Positions 1-9,716 of a stretch of 64,000 nucleotides of DNA are shown in pieces (positions within the stretch are counted from its first letter, which is position 1; each line of letters opens with the position of its first letter). The position numbers and the translations under genes are program-made. The DNA is from Thermodesulfobacteriota bacterium (GTDB lineage: Bacteria > Desulfobacterota > Syntrophorhabdia > Syntrophorhabdales > JANXAF01), in NCBI GenBank assembly GCA_025062045.1, contig JANXAF010000003.1, forward strand, positions 41,444 through 105,443, given 5' to 3'. The notes beneath the pieces were generated by a model. The model worked only from the letters and a program-made list of their open reading frames with translations, was not told the DNA's origin and ran no database searches.

Positions 1-599
1 ATCTCTATCTCGTCCGATTCTAGGAACTTCACATTCTTTTTTCCCTGAGTGAAAGCGATGACTTCAGATATAGGAAAACCACATTTATCAGTTTTGAAGT
101 GCATTGGAATAGTAATTTTCGGTTTTATAGACTCCATGACCTGCGTCGCCTCTTTGGCATCTATGGTGTAGTAACCGCCAACTGGAATGAGTAACACATC
201 AACCCTTCCTATCTCTTCAAGCTTTTTATCGTCGAGAGTGTGACCTAAATCTCCGACGTGTAAGATTCTAACATCGTCAGCATCAATTAAAAACATTAAA
301 TTTTTCCCTCTTTCCCGACCTGATGAGGGATCGTGAAAGGTGGGGATTGCCTTTATTCTTACACTTTTTATCTCTCTCTCCCCTTCATCTTTTACCAATT
401 CAAACTTACCTTTTATGTCCTTAACGTAGCCGTGATCATCATGGTCATGGCTTGTAAGAACGATGTCCGCCTCATCCTCTATCCGACCGTACGAAAGAGC
501 GCCTCCGTAAGCTCCTGACTGGTAAGGATCTATTATGATCTTCACCCCTTTTTCAGTGGTGATCTTAAAAGCGGCGTGTCCGTACCATTTCAGTCTCAT
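1..599 (-). CDS. MBL-fold metal-dependent hydrolase (UPF0173-like); C-terminus runs off the window
   Basis: My own minus-strand translation from the ATG at 599-597 reads MRLKWYGHAAFKITTEKGVKIIIDPY...LTSHDHDDHGY...ILHVGDLGH, with an HxHxDH-type metal motif. AGGAGG lies 5 nt upstream. It is absent from the ORF track because it is open at the window edge. Confidence 0.8.
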   Translation of the reverse strand, partial: MRLKWYGHAAFKITTEKGVKIIIDPYQSGAYGGALSYGRIEDEADIVLTSHDHDDHGYVKDIKGKFELVKDEGEREIKSVRIKAIPTFHDPSSGRERGKNLMFLIDADDVRILHVGDLGHTLDDKKLEEIGRVDVLLIPVGGYYTIDAKEATQVMESIKPKITIPMHFKTDKCGFPISEVIAFTQGKKNVKFLESDEIE

Positions 600-707
600 A
601 TCTTCCTCCTTTTTCCCAAATGATACAATTTACGATTCTTCTCTGTCAAGGTTCGGTAAAATCAAAAGGATTGAAAAAATTATTAGAAAACGTAAAATAG
701 AGCGAAA

Positions 708-1454
708 GTGATACACATCGAAAGAGTAGGTAAAGGACCGAAAATCGTTTTCATACACGGATCCGGATGGAATACAAAAGTATGGAAAAACCAAAAAGAG
801 TATCTTAAAGACCTCTTCGAGGTTATTCTCGTTGATCTTCCAGGACACGGAAATTCTAAGGGAGAAGCTCCAAGATCTGTGGAAGAATACTCGGAAGTTT
901 TAGATAAGGTACTTTTGGAAAACTTAATCGATAAATCATATATTTGTGGGCATTCTCTCGGAGGGGCGATAGCTATGTATTTGGCCCTAAAAAGGGATGA
1001 ACTAATCAAGGGATTGATTGTAATTGGAAGCGGGGCGAGGCTTAAAGTCCTTCCAGAAATCTTAAATGGTGTATTACCCGAAAAAGAAAAGACTATTCGT
1101 TTCGTTAACTCATTAGCCTTTTCTTCCAAGGCAGAGAAAGAACTAATAGAAAAAAGCGTCTCCCAGATGATGGAGTGTCCCAGTTACGTACTTTTTAACG
1201 ATTTTTCCGCGTGTCATAACTTTGATGTTATGGACAAGGTTAAATACATTAAAGTTCCCACCCTTATCGTCTGTGGAGTCGACGACATGCTTACGCCCGT
1301 TAAGTATTCTCAGTACCTCCATAAGGAGATAAAAAATTCAAAGCTTGTACTTATAGAAGGCGCGGGCCATATGGTCATGATGGAGAAACCGATGGAACTA
1401 AATGTGGCCATCGAGTCCTTTGTAAAAGATCTGGAAAAAGGTTTTAGGGGCTAG
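708..1454 (+). CDS. alpha/beta-fold serine hydrolase (esterase/lipase-like)
   Basis: 248 aa with a GTG start. Has the nucleophile elbow GHSLGG, an HGSG oxyanion region, and a C-terminal GAGH catalytic His context. Confidence 0.8.
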   Translation: MIHIERVGKGPKIVFIHGSGWNTKVWKNQKEYLKDLFEVILVDLPGHGNSKGEAPRSVEEYSEVLDKVLLENLIDKSYICGHSLGGAIAMYLALKRDELIKGLIVIGSGARLKVLPEILNGVLPEKEKTIRFVNSLAFSSKAEKELIEKSVSQMMECPSYVLFNDFSACHNFDVMDKVKYIKVPTLIVCGVDDMLTPVKYSQYLHKEIKNSKLVLIEGAGHMVMMEKPMELNVAIESFVKDLEKGFRG

Positions 1455-1457
1455 ATT

Positions 1458-2963
1458 ATGGATGTTATAGTTGAGACAAAAAGAGGGAGACTAAAAGGAC
1501 AAAAACTTGGTGATCTTTACGTCTTTAAAGGGGTGCCATACGCAGAACCTCCAATAGGGGATCTTCGCTGGATGCCACCAAAAATGAAAGAACCTTACGG
1601 AGACATATGGGATGCTATAGAATACGGTTCCATATGCCCTCAGCCGGAGTTGGAGCTTAAAGGACTAGCAAGTTTCAAAGAAAGACAAAGTGAAGACTGC
1701 CTATACCTCAACATTTATACACCTGGGCTTGACCCAAAAAAGAGACCGGTTATGTTTTTCATACATGGAGGCGCATTTACCGTCGGTTCTTCCTCTCACC
1801 CTTTATACAGAAAAGGAAAGATGGCATTGAGAAATGACATTGTGCTTGTAACGATAAACTACAGACTTGGTCCATTGGGATTTTTAAGACTTAAGGAGAT
1901 TGGAGATGGAAGAATTAATTCCACCGGTAATGAAGGTCTTATGGATCAGATGTGTGCACTTATGTGGGTAAAAGAGAATATTGAGGCCTTTGGAGGGGAT
2001 CCCGATAACATAACACTTTTTGGGGAGTCGGCGGGAGGAATATCCATTTTTTGTCTAATCTCCATGGCGAAAGACATTAACCTTTTCAGACGGATTATAG
2101 TTCAGAGCGCAAATCCCTGCGCAATCTTTGAGAGGGAAAGGGCAAATAGTTACGCGAGAAGTTTGCTCAAAATATTAAACATAGAAGAGAATAAAATCGA
2201 TTTGCTAAAGGATCTTCCTTTTCACAAACTTGTCAAAGCTTCCGAAATACTTAGGGAAAGGATAGGTGAGTTGACAGTCTTTTCCCCAAATGTGGATGGG
2301 GAGTCGATTAAAGAAAAGCCCCTAAGCGTCATAAAGGAAAAGATAAGAGAAATGCCAATCCTTATCGGAACTAACGCAAACGAGTGGAATTTCTTTTGCC
2401 TTACAGATCCAAGGCTCCTAAATATAGATATGGACGAGCTTTATAGGATTTTAGGGAAGTCTTATCAAAAAAAAGGGGTCAAACTGATAATCGACTATTA
2501 CCGTCAAAAGCTTGAAAGAGAAGGGTTAAAACCAGAACCTTGGCGGATCTATTCGCAGTTTATGACTGACAGTTTCTTTTTAATTCCAACCTTAAAAACG
2601 GTCGACATATGGGTCGAGAAGAAAGAACCGGTGTATCTATATTATTTTACTTGGCAATCGCCATATCTTAATGGGATATTGGGTTCATGCCATACGCTAG
2701 AGCTTGGATTTCTTTTTGGGAACTACGATGAGAGATTTTTTGGATCTGGCAGAGAGGCAAAGAGGCTTTCTCAGGTGATGCAAGACGCATGGACCTCCTT
2801 CTCAAAGGATGGAAAGCCTTTTATCCAAAATCTCGGAGCTTGGAGTGATTATGGGCATGAAAAGAAGGTTATGGTTTTAGGAAAGGAATGCTATCTAACT
2901 CAGGATCCGCACAAAGATACGAGAGATTTTTATACTACACTACTTGAGTACTCGATTAAGTGA
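1458..2963 (+). CDS. type-B carboxylesterase (para-nitrobenzyl-esterase-like)
   Basis: 501 aa. Has FIHGGAFTVGS (oxyanion hole), GESAGG (nucleophile elbow) and an N-terminal G.PYA.PP.G.LRW motif. Starts 3 nt after the previous gene. Confidence 0.85.
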   Translation: MDVIVETKRGRLKGQKLGDLYVFKGVPYAEPPIGDLRWMPPKMKEPYGDIWDAIEYGSICPQPELELKGLASFKERQSEDCLYLNIYTPGLDPKKRPVMFFIHGGAFTVGSSSHPLYRKGKMALRNDIVLVTINYRLGPLGFLRLKEIGDGRINSTGNEGLMDQMCALMWVKENIEAFGGDPDNITLFGESAGGISIFCLISMAKDINLFRRIIVQSANPCAIFERERANSYARSLLKILNIEENKIDLLKDLPFHKLVKASEILRERIGELTVFSPNVDGESIKEKPLSVIKEKIREMPILIGTNANEWNFFCLTDPRLLNIDMDELYRILGKSYQKKGVKLIIDYYRQKLEREGLKPEPWRIYSQFMTDSFFLIPTLKTVDIWVEKKEPVYLYYFTWQSPYLNGILGSCHTLELGFLFGNYDERFFGSGREAKRLSQVMQDAWTSFSKDGKPFIQNLGAWSDYGHEKKVMVLGKECYLTQDPHKDTRDFYTTLLEYSIK

Positions 2964-2984
2964 GACTGAAAAAGGGGTGAAGAT

Positions 2985-4946
2985 ATGGCCCATATACTTT
3001 GGGAACCCACAGAGGAGAGAAAAAAGAATGCCAATATCACTAAATTTATAGAGTACGTTAATAGAAAGTACGGAAAAAACTTTAAAACATACGATGAGCT
3101 TTATGGGTGGTCGATTGAAAGTGTTGCAGATTTTTGGGGATCGGTTTGGGAATTCTGCGGGGTAAAAGCTTCAAAAAAATACTCATCTGTAGTTATAGAT
3201 CCTCAAAGCTTTGATAAAGCCAAATGGTTCGTTGGAGCCGAGCTAAATTTTGCAGAAAATCTTTTGAGATGGAGAGATGATCAGATAGCATTCACGTACG
3301 TTAAAGAGGGCCTAACGGGTAAGCGAACCACAACCTATAAGGATCTTTACAAGGAAGTTGCAAAACTTGCTAACGCGTATAAGGAGGAAGGAATAGAAAG
3401 GAAAGATAGGATAGTAGCTTACATACCCAATGTCATTGAAGCCGCAGTCGGCATGCTCGCAGCCTCAACGGTCGGTGCCATTTGGGCTTCCTGTGGACCA
3501 GAGCTCGGGCCAGATGCGGTGATAGATAGATTCAAAGAGTTAGAGCCTAAAATTCTGATTACTGCTGATGCGTACATCTATAAGGGTCAGGCGTACGATC
3601 TCCTAAAAAATGTGGAAATTATAGCCAAAAACATACCCTCTTTAAAAAAGGTAGTGATTGTACGGTATCTAGAAAGATCTCCCAATATAGGTAGCATCTA
3701 TAACGCAATTTTATACGACGAATTCGTAGAAGGCAAAGCAGAAGAGACAGATTTTGAACAGCTTCCCTCTGATCATCCGCACATAATACTTTTCTCATCG
3801 GGTGTCACTGGAAAGCCAAAGTGCATAGTTCACAGCCTTTCTGGTTCTCTCATTGCCCATCTTAAGACCCACATTCTTCATTTTGACATAAAAAGGGACG
3901 ACAAAGTCCTTTTCCTTTCCAGTCCCACATGGATGGTCTGGAACCTAAAAATAAGCTCTCTTGCTACAGGCTGTAACATCGTTCTTTACGATGGAAATCC
4001 CTTCTACCCTGACTTTGACGTTATCTTTAGGCTCATTATGGAGGAAAAGATCACCTGTCTTGGATGTGGTGCGGCATTTATCCTTTCCCTTATGCGGAGT
4101 GGAGTGAGACCAAAAAGTAGGTACGATCTTTCTAGTTTAAAGACTATATTCCAGACCGCAGCTCCTTTGCCTCAAGAAGGATTCGAGTATGTTTATAGCT
4201 CGATTAAGGAGGATGTTTGTCTATTGTCCGGCCTTGGGGGAACTGATGTTCAATGTGGGATTATAGAAGGGAGTCCAATTCAGCCGGTCTACAAAGGGGA
4301 GATGCCCTCCGGAGCTTTAGGATTCGCTGTGAAAGTTTATGATGAAAAGGGAAGACCTGTTCTTGACGAACCAGGAGAGCTTGTTGTGGAAAAACCATTC
4401 CCGTCAACACCCCTCTATTTTTGGGGAGATGACACGAAAAAGAAATACAAAGAAACTTACTTTTCCCTTTTTCCCAATGTGTGGAGACATGGTGATTTTG
4501 CGGTTCAAAAAAGCGAAACCGGAACTTTTATAGGGCTTGGAAGGTCGGATTTTGTTCTTAAACCGAAGGGGGTTAGGATTGGGCCTGCCGAAATCTACAA
4601 TGTGGTTGAAAGGATAGAAGAAATAGAGGATAGTCTAGTTGTGGGGCAGTCTTTCAAGGGAGACCAAAGGATAATCCTTTTTGTAAAGCTAAAAAGAGGA
4701 TACGAATTGACGGACGAATTGAAAGCAAAAATAAAAAATGAACTTAAATTGCGAGCTTCCGCAAGACATGTGCCTGAAATGATACTTGAGGTTCCTGAGA
4801 TCCCCTACACTGTTAACATGAAAAAAGTAGAAAGCGTTGTCCATAACATAGTGAACGGAAGACCCATTACTAATAGACAGACCCTCATAAATCCGGATTG
4901 CCTAGAGTACTACGAAAAACTCTATTTGGAAAAGCTAAAAGAGTAA
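2985..4946 (+). CDS. acetoacetyl-CoA synthetase (acetoacetate-CoA ligase) family adenylate-forming enzyme
   Basis: 653 aa. The N-terminus ILWEPTEERKKNANITKF...YDELYGWSIESVADFWGSVWEF is typical of AACS. Has the AMP-binding motif SSGVTGKPKCIVHS. Confidence 0.75.
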   Translation: MAHILWEPTEERKKNANITKFIEYVNRKYGKNFKTYDELYGWSIESVADFWGSVWEFCGVKASKKYSSVVIDPQSFDKAKWFVGAELNFAENLLRWRDDQIAFTYVKEGLTGKRTTTYKDLYKEVAKLANAYKEEGIERKDRIVAYIPNVIEAAVGMLAASTVGAIWASCGPELGPDAVIDRFKELEPKILITADAYIYKGQAYDLLKNVEIIAKNIPSLKKVVIVRYLERSPNIGSIYNAILYDEFVEGKAEETDFEQLPSDHPHIILFSSGVTGKPKCIVHSLSGSLIAHLKTHILHFDIKRDDKVLFLSSPTWMVWNLKISSLATGCNIVLYDGNPFYPDFDVIFRLIMEEKITCLGCGAAFILSLMRSGVRPKSRYDLSSLKTIFQTAAPLPQEGFEYVYSSIKEDVCLLSGLGGTDVQCGIIEGSPIQPVYKGEMPSGALGFAVKVYDEKGRPVLDEPGELVVEKPFPSTPLYFWGDDTKKKYKETYFSLFPNVWRHGDFAVQKSETGTFIGLGRSDFVLKPKGVRIGPAEIYNVVERIEEIEDSLVVGQSFKGDQRIILFVKLKRGYELTDELKAKIKNELKLRASARHVPEMILEVPEIPYTVNMKKVESVVHNIVNGRPITNRQTLINPDCLEYYEKLYLEKLKE

Positions 4947-5019
4947 GGTTTTTTAAACAAATGGGCTATTACAGAAAGCTACTTTTTTATTACTCTAGCA
5001 ACTCTAAACCAGAAAAAAC

Positions 5020-6078
5020 TTAAATTTTAACTTTTAACAGCCATTCCCTTGTCCTTCCAGTGATTATGAGTTTTTTTTCTTTTAAATCAGCGCACGTCTT
5101 TGAACCGGTAAGAAACATGGCCACTTTTAGCTCAAGAAAAAAATTTTCTAGAAATTCGATAGTTTGCTCCACACCATTTACGGCAGATAGTAGAAGAGGT
5201 CTTGCCATCCCCACCAAATCGGCCCCAAGTGCTATGGCTTTTGCTGCATCAAGCCCTGTTCTTATGCCTCCACTGCCTATTATTGGAATGCCTAAATCTT
5301 TCACTTCAATTATGGAGATGGGCGTTGGGATTCCCCAGAAGGCGAAAGTTTGGCAGAGTCTTTGATACGTTTTATTGTTTCTAAGTTCGGCCCTCTTTTT
5401 TTCTATTAAAGCCATACTTGTGCCACCCTTACCCCCAACGTCTATCGCCGAAACACCTATACTTTTAAGTTTAGCAGCCGTTTCTTTAGAGATTCCCGAA
5501 CCCGTTTCCTTTACGATTACTGGGACAGGAAGAACACTGATAAGTCTTTCAATAGCAGAAAAGCAGCCTTTAGCGAAGGGCTCTCCTTCTATCATAACTG
5601 CTTCCTGTAGGAAGTTGAGATGGACGACAAGGGCATCCGCCTCCATCTTTTCCACGATCCTTTTTATTCTCGCTGGATTTTCAGTCGTTACCTGAACTGC
5701 ACCGATGTTGAGAAATAAAGGTACGTCAGGTGATATAAGCTTCGGGATTCTGTATGTTTTCTCGTACTCGTCTGACTCGAGAAGCGGTCTTAAACTTCCC
5801 GTTTCGAGTCCTATGGAGAAGTGTTTTGCCACGAGAGCTAAGACTCTGTTTATTTCTTCAGCTCCGCTCCAGCCTCCTGTGAGTGCCGAAATTATAAAAG
5901 GGTATTTAAAGTGCCATTTGAGGAACGATACTGAAGGATCAACCTCTCTCAAATCTAATTCAGGAAGGCATTCATGTAAGATCTCTATATCCTCCCAAAC
6001 AGAATGTCTAAATTCCACATCTTCTTTTAGAGCTATCTCTACGTGTTCTGACTTCCTTTCTGACGTATCTTTTGTCAC
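5020..6078 (-). CDS. fni: type-2 (FMN-dependent) isopentenyl-diphosphate delta-isomerase
   Basis: 352 aa. Has RKSEHVEIAL, ISALTGG, VIVKETGSGIS, IDVGGKGGTS and GSGGIRTGLDAAKAIALGA, the hallmark IDI-2 motifs. There is a 4-nt overlap with ubiX. Confidence 0.9.
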   Translation of the reverse strand: MTKDTSERKSEHVEIALKEDVEFRHSVWEDIEILHECLPELDLREVDPSVSFLKWHFKYPFIISALTGGWSGAEEINRVLALVAKHFSIGLETGSLRPLLESDEYEKTYRIPKLISPDVPLFLNIGAVQVTTENPARIKRIVEKMEADALVVHLNFLQEAVMIEGEPFAKGCFSAIERLISVLPVPVIVKETGSGISKETAAKLKSIGVSAIDVGGKGGTSMALIEKKRAELRNNKTYQRLCQTFAFWGIPTPISIIEVKDLGIPIIGSGGIRTGLDAAKAIALGADLVGMARPLLLSAVNGVEQTIEFLENFFLELKVAMFLTGSKTCADLKEKKLIITGRTREWLLKVKI

Positions 6079-6653
6079 CTTTTATGGTTCCCCCATCTTT
6101 CAAAGAGGCGGGCATCTATGCCGAACATATCTAGAACCTTACCAACGGTCTGGTCGATGATGTCCTCTATTGATTTAGGTTTATGGTAGAATGAGGGGAC
6201 AGGAGGCATAATAATTCCACCCATCCGAGTCACCCTGAGCATAAGTCTCAAGTGTCCTTCATGTAGAGGGGTTTCTCTCACAACAAGAACGAGCCTTCTT
6301 CTCTCTTTGAGGGTGACATCTGCGGCCCTGACTAAGAGATTGTGATTGAAGGAGTTAGCTATTGCCGAAAGTGTCTTAATGGTGCATGGTATCACTATCA
6401 TCCCATCCATTATGCATGAACCACTGGCAATCGGGGCTGTAAGATCATCTATATCGTAAACCCTTTGGGCCATGGCTTTTACGTCCTCAAGCTTGAATGG
6501 CGTCTCTATTTCGATGTTTTTTATTCCTGCATCAGTTATGATTAAGTGAACCTCTTGCCCCTTTTTATGGAGGATTTCTAGTGTCCTTATCCCGTATACA
6601 ACCCCGGTTGCACCGGTTATTCCTAGTATAATCTTCTTTTTTTCATGAGCCAT
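6075..6653 (-). CDS. ubiX: flavin prenyltransferase UbiX (prFMN synthase)
   Basis: 192 aa. Has GITGATGVVYGIRTLEIL, IVIPCTIKTLSAIANS and PPVPSFYHKP. Overlaps the upstream UbiD gene by 11 nt. Confidence 0.9.
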   Translation of the reverse strand: MAHEKKKIILGITGATGVVYGIRTLEILHKKGQEVHLIITDAGIKNIEIETPFKLEDVKAMAQRVYDIDDLTAPIASGSCIMDGMIVIPCTIKTLSAIANSFNHNLLVRAADVTLKERRRLVLVVRETPLHEGHLRLMLRVTRMGGIIMPPVPSFYHKPKSIEDIIDQTVGKVLDMFGIDARLFERWGNHKR

Positions 6654-7995
6654 ATTTTTTCACTATACTTTCTACGAGTTCCTTTTCCCCTTTCTTTACA
6701 ACAGCCCTTCCCTCCATTTCCTTCCCGTAAGTTGTAGCATTTATTCCAATTTTCGTTACGCCTCCCATTATTTTTGCCTCAGGATCTATTGGTTGACCCT
6801 GCATAGAAAAAAGCAGGATGAGATCATCTTTGGCAAAACATCTGGTAACAATTGCCCACTCAATCTCCTGCAAATCGTAAGGATCGACATCGCTATCTAC
6901 AATAACAGCTTTTTTTATCATGGGAAAAGAAAGGACGAAGTGTAAAAGGTTATTTATCCTCTTCCTCTCCGTAGGGCTTGTGGTTATGACTATCGATGAG
7001 CCAAAAGTCCTTTCGAGAAAAACGATCTCATGTACAAAGGGAAATAGTCTTTTTACGTTTCCTTCCATGTGGGCCTTACTCACAAATGTAAGGTACATAT
7101 CAGCTTCCAAGCTTGTGGGAAGTAACGCGTGATATATGGGGTCTTTCCTGTACGAAATCCTATTTATATGGACAGTAGGTGTCCTTTCAATCGTCATATA
7201 GTACCCACTTATCTCTCCTAGAGGGCCGTCTTTTTCTTCCTCCTCCAGGTGTATTACCCCTTCAAGTATAAACTCCGTTCCGTACGGCACATCTATATCA
7301 GAGTCGAAGGACCTAATAACTGCTATGCTTTCCCCTCGAAGGGAGCCTGCAACTTCAATTTTGTCCACGTTGTTAGGGATCTTAAGAGCCATAGCCATAA
7401 AAGTTAGAGGATCCACACCAATAGATACGGAAACGGGCATTTTTTTATTCTCGAGCTTGTATTTTTCCTTGATATCGGCAAGGGGAGGGTTGACAAGGGA
7501 GATACCGAACCTATTTTTTCCTCTATACTCCATCCTGTGGATCCCTCGCCCAACGACCTTCGTTTCAGGATCATAGGAGGATACAATAGCTGTAGTTATG
7601 TAAGGCGCCGAATCACTTTCATAGTGTTTCAGAATCGGTATTGTCGTAAGGACATCGTCATTTTCGGTCACATTGATAGATATGTAATCGCCTCTTTCTT
7701 GAACGAAGGTCTTTTTTAAAATCCCAGAACTTCTTTCTACAAAGGCAGAGTAAGGATCATTTTCTCCTGGAAAGAGAAGATTGAAAACCTTCTGCGAGGG
7801 TACAAGGTTAGCAACAACTCGACAATCGTAACCGTCCAAACTTTCAAAAAGTAGGGCTTTGCCAGTCCTCGATAGTCTTTGTATGATTTCTGGCAAAGCC
7901 TCCTTTTTGACCTTATCTCGGATCGAGATAAGAAGGTTTTCTCTTTTTAGCAGATCGAGATACTCACGAAGCGATCGAATAATTCCTTTTTCCAT
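6643..7995 (-). CDS. UbiD-family (prFMN-dependent) decarboxylase/carboxylase, third paralog in the operon
   Basis: 450 aa. Has the UbiD signature GRGIHRMEY and DGPLGEISGYY (compare E.GPFGE.TGYY). Its start overlaps the stop of the 81-aa gene (TGATG). Confidence 0.85.
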   Translation of the reverse strand: MEKGIIRSLREYLDLLKRENLLISIRDKVKKEALPEIIQRLSRTGKALLFESLDGYDCRVVANLVPSQKVFNLLFPGENDPYSAFVERSSGILKKTFVQERGDYISINVTENDDVLTTIPILKHYESDSAPYITTAIVSSYDPETKVVGRGIHRMEYRGKNRFGISLVNPPLADIKEKYKLENKKMPVSVSIGVDPLTFMAMALKIPNNVDKIEVAGSLRGESIAVIRSFDSDIDVPYGTEFILEGVIHLEEEEKDGPLGEISGYYMTIERTPTVHINRISYRKDPIYHALLPTSLEADMYLTFVSKAHMEGNVKRLFPFVHEIVFLERTFGSSIVITTSPTERKRINNLLHFVLSFPMIKKAVIVDSDVDPYDLQEIEWAIVTRCFAKDDLILLFSMQGQPIDPEAKIMGGVTKIGINATTYGKEMEGRAVVKKGEKELVESIVKKYGS

Positions 7996-8240
7996 CAGAA
8001 GGGTTTCACTTCTTCAAGTATCATTACCGAACACGGTTTGTCCACAAGCTGCCCTCTCCCAAGCCTTACCCACAAAGTGTTAGGGTATTTAGCTGGATCT
8101 TTGGATATCCGAAATTTAGCGTATATGCCTTTGTATTTGGTTTTTCCAGGGCTTAGATCTCTTAAAACGCCCGTTATTTCCTCGTCCTCTTTGAGTTCTT
8201 CAAAGTCCTTTGTTATGAAAGTGTCGTAGACTTTACCCAT
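7995..8240 (-). CDS. small (81 aa) protein; candidate small subunit of the UbiD/HAD carboxylase complex (PpcC-like by size and position only)
   Basis: GGAGGG SD 5-6 nt upstream of the ATG. Translationally coupled to the downstream UbiD gene. I recognise no motif in it. Confidence 0.6.
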   Translation of the reverse strand: MGKVYDTFITKDFEELKEDEEITGVLRDLSPGKTKYKGIYAKFRISKDPAKYPNTLWVRLGRGQLVDKPCSVMILEEVKPF

Positions 8241-8249
8241 ATTTCCCTC

Positions 8250-9695
8250 CTAATCTTTGAATCCATAGTCCTTCCAATTTTTTATAACCTTCTCTTGTAC
8301 ATCTTTGGGATAAACTTCTCTGAAGCTTACCTTTGTCGGAAGGAAAGCTTTTGGCCACTCCAAAGGAAAGGTGCAATCAAGCACAACCTTAGGAGACTTC
8401 TGAGAAAAGCGTTCTTCCGGACTAGCAAAGGGGTTAAGTGGGGTTCCGGCACCAAAAGGCATAAGTATTGTTCCCCTTACCGGATGCCACTTGGTGCATA
8501 TGGAATGGATGACTTCTTCTAAGCTGTATATGTCCGTAGTGTCGTCCACAACGACAACAATGTGAAACCAGGCGGCCGCTTTGCTTCCAAGAACGAGGGA
8601 TGCAACCTGTTGAGCTATTCCAGAATAAACAGGCTTTACGCCCACAACTAGAAGGTGATGGGTCGATTCTGGCCACATATAAACACCAGTTATGGGCAGT
8701 CCCTGGCTTTTGAGAAGAAGTTCCATGTCCATCGCGAGTGTGAAAGATCTAAGTAGCTGTCCTTCGTCTACCGGAACTCCCATGTTTGAAACGGTCATAA
8801 TCGCGTTTTTTCTCATTGTAATACATTTGACTCTGTAAACGCACCTTTTGTCCCTTGGGCTCGTTCTATACCCGGTATATTCGCCGAATGGCGCCTCTTC
8901 AAGTCTAGCGTTTGGTAAAACCTCGCCCTCTATCACTATCTCGGCAGTTGCAGGAACGTAAAGATCGTTAGTTTCACACTTGACGAGCTTTACTGGCTCG
9001 CCCATAAGCTGCCCTGTGAATTCCGCCTCAGGCAAAGGAGTAGGAGCTAAACTCGCCAAAGCAGACAAAGGATCGGGCCCAATAACTGTGGCAAAAGGCA
9101 TAGGCTTTCCTTTGGCTTCGTACTTTGTGTAGAAGATCTTCCCCATGTCGGAAAAAGGAAGGACAGGTCCAACCATCGTCTTTTCATCGAATATCATCTG
9201 CCTATACATACCCCAGTTTACAAATCCCGTCTCTTCATCTTTTGCCACAATAAAATGCCAAGTGCCTATGTATCGTCCCCCATCGCCGTCGTGAACCATA
9301 GGGGCAGGCAAATCAAATAGGCTTATATCATCTCCATCCAATATTATCTCTTTGCAAGGAGCATCCTTTTTGTCTACAATCTCGGGCTTATGACAAGGCC
9401 CGGATGTTCTCCTCCTCCACTCGTCCACAATTCCAGATATGGGTGTCTCGGGTGGAAGACCAAGGACTACAGCCAATCTTCTCCATGTCGCAATTGGAGC
9501 TCCGAAGGCAGAAAACCCAGGATAGTCTTTAATCTTGTGAAAATAAGGAGCCGGGCCCTTTTTTTCACAGGTCCTTCGGACTATCGCACCAAGTTCCAAA
9601 TCCCAGTCTACCTCCTCGTGGATGTCGACGAGATCACCCGACTTTCTAAGTGCCTCTACATATTCTCTGTTATCGATAAAATACTTGTAAGCCAT
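8250..9695 (-). CDS. UbiD-family carboxylase subunit (phenylphosphate carboxylase alpha/beta-like)
   Basis: 481 aa. Has NWGMYRQMIFDE and EAPFGEYTGYRT UbiD motifs. Sits in an operon with HAD phosphatase-like genes. Confidence 0.8.
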   Translation of the reverse strand: MAYKYFIDNREYVEALRKSGDLVDIHEEVDWDLELGAIVRRTCEKKGPAPYFHKIKDYPGFSAFGAPIATWRRLAVVLGLPPETPISGIVDEWRRRTSGPCHKPEIVDKKDAPCKEIILDGDDISLFDLPAPMVHDGDGGRYIGTWHFIVAKDEETGFVNWGMYRQMIFDEKTMVGPVLPFSDMGKIFYTKYEAKGKPMPFATVIGPDPLSALASLAPTPLPEAEFTGQLMGEPVKLVKCETNDLYVPATAEIVIEGEVLPNARLEEAPFGEYTGYRTSPRDKRCVYRVKCITMRKNAIMTVSNMGVPVDEGQLLRSFTLAMDMELLLKSQGLPITGVYMWPESTHHLLVVGVKPVYSGIAQQVASLVLGSKAAAWFHIVVVVDDTTDIYSLEEVIHSICTKWHPVRGTILMPFGAGTPLNPFASPEERFSQKSPKVVLDCTFPLEWPKAFLPTKVSFREVYPKDVQEKVIKNWKDYGFKD

Positions 9696-9716
9696 ACGTT
9701 CCCCCCTCTTCTGAAT

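Noticed and set aside
5060-6160. Several plus-strand ORFs (101, 60, 106 and 151 aa) overlapping the fni gene. Similar long antisense ORFs occur elsewhere, for example 15095..15787 (230 aa), 35449..35976 (175 aa), 683..1129 and 60919..61368.
   Set aside because: They lie antisense to genes with strong family motifs. They have low-complexity S/P/L/F-rich translations and no RBS. These are shadow ORFs typical of this codon bias.
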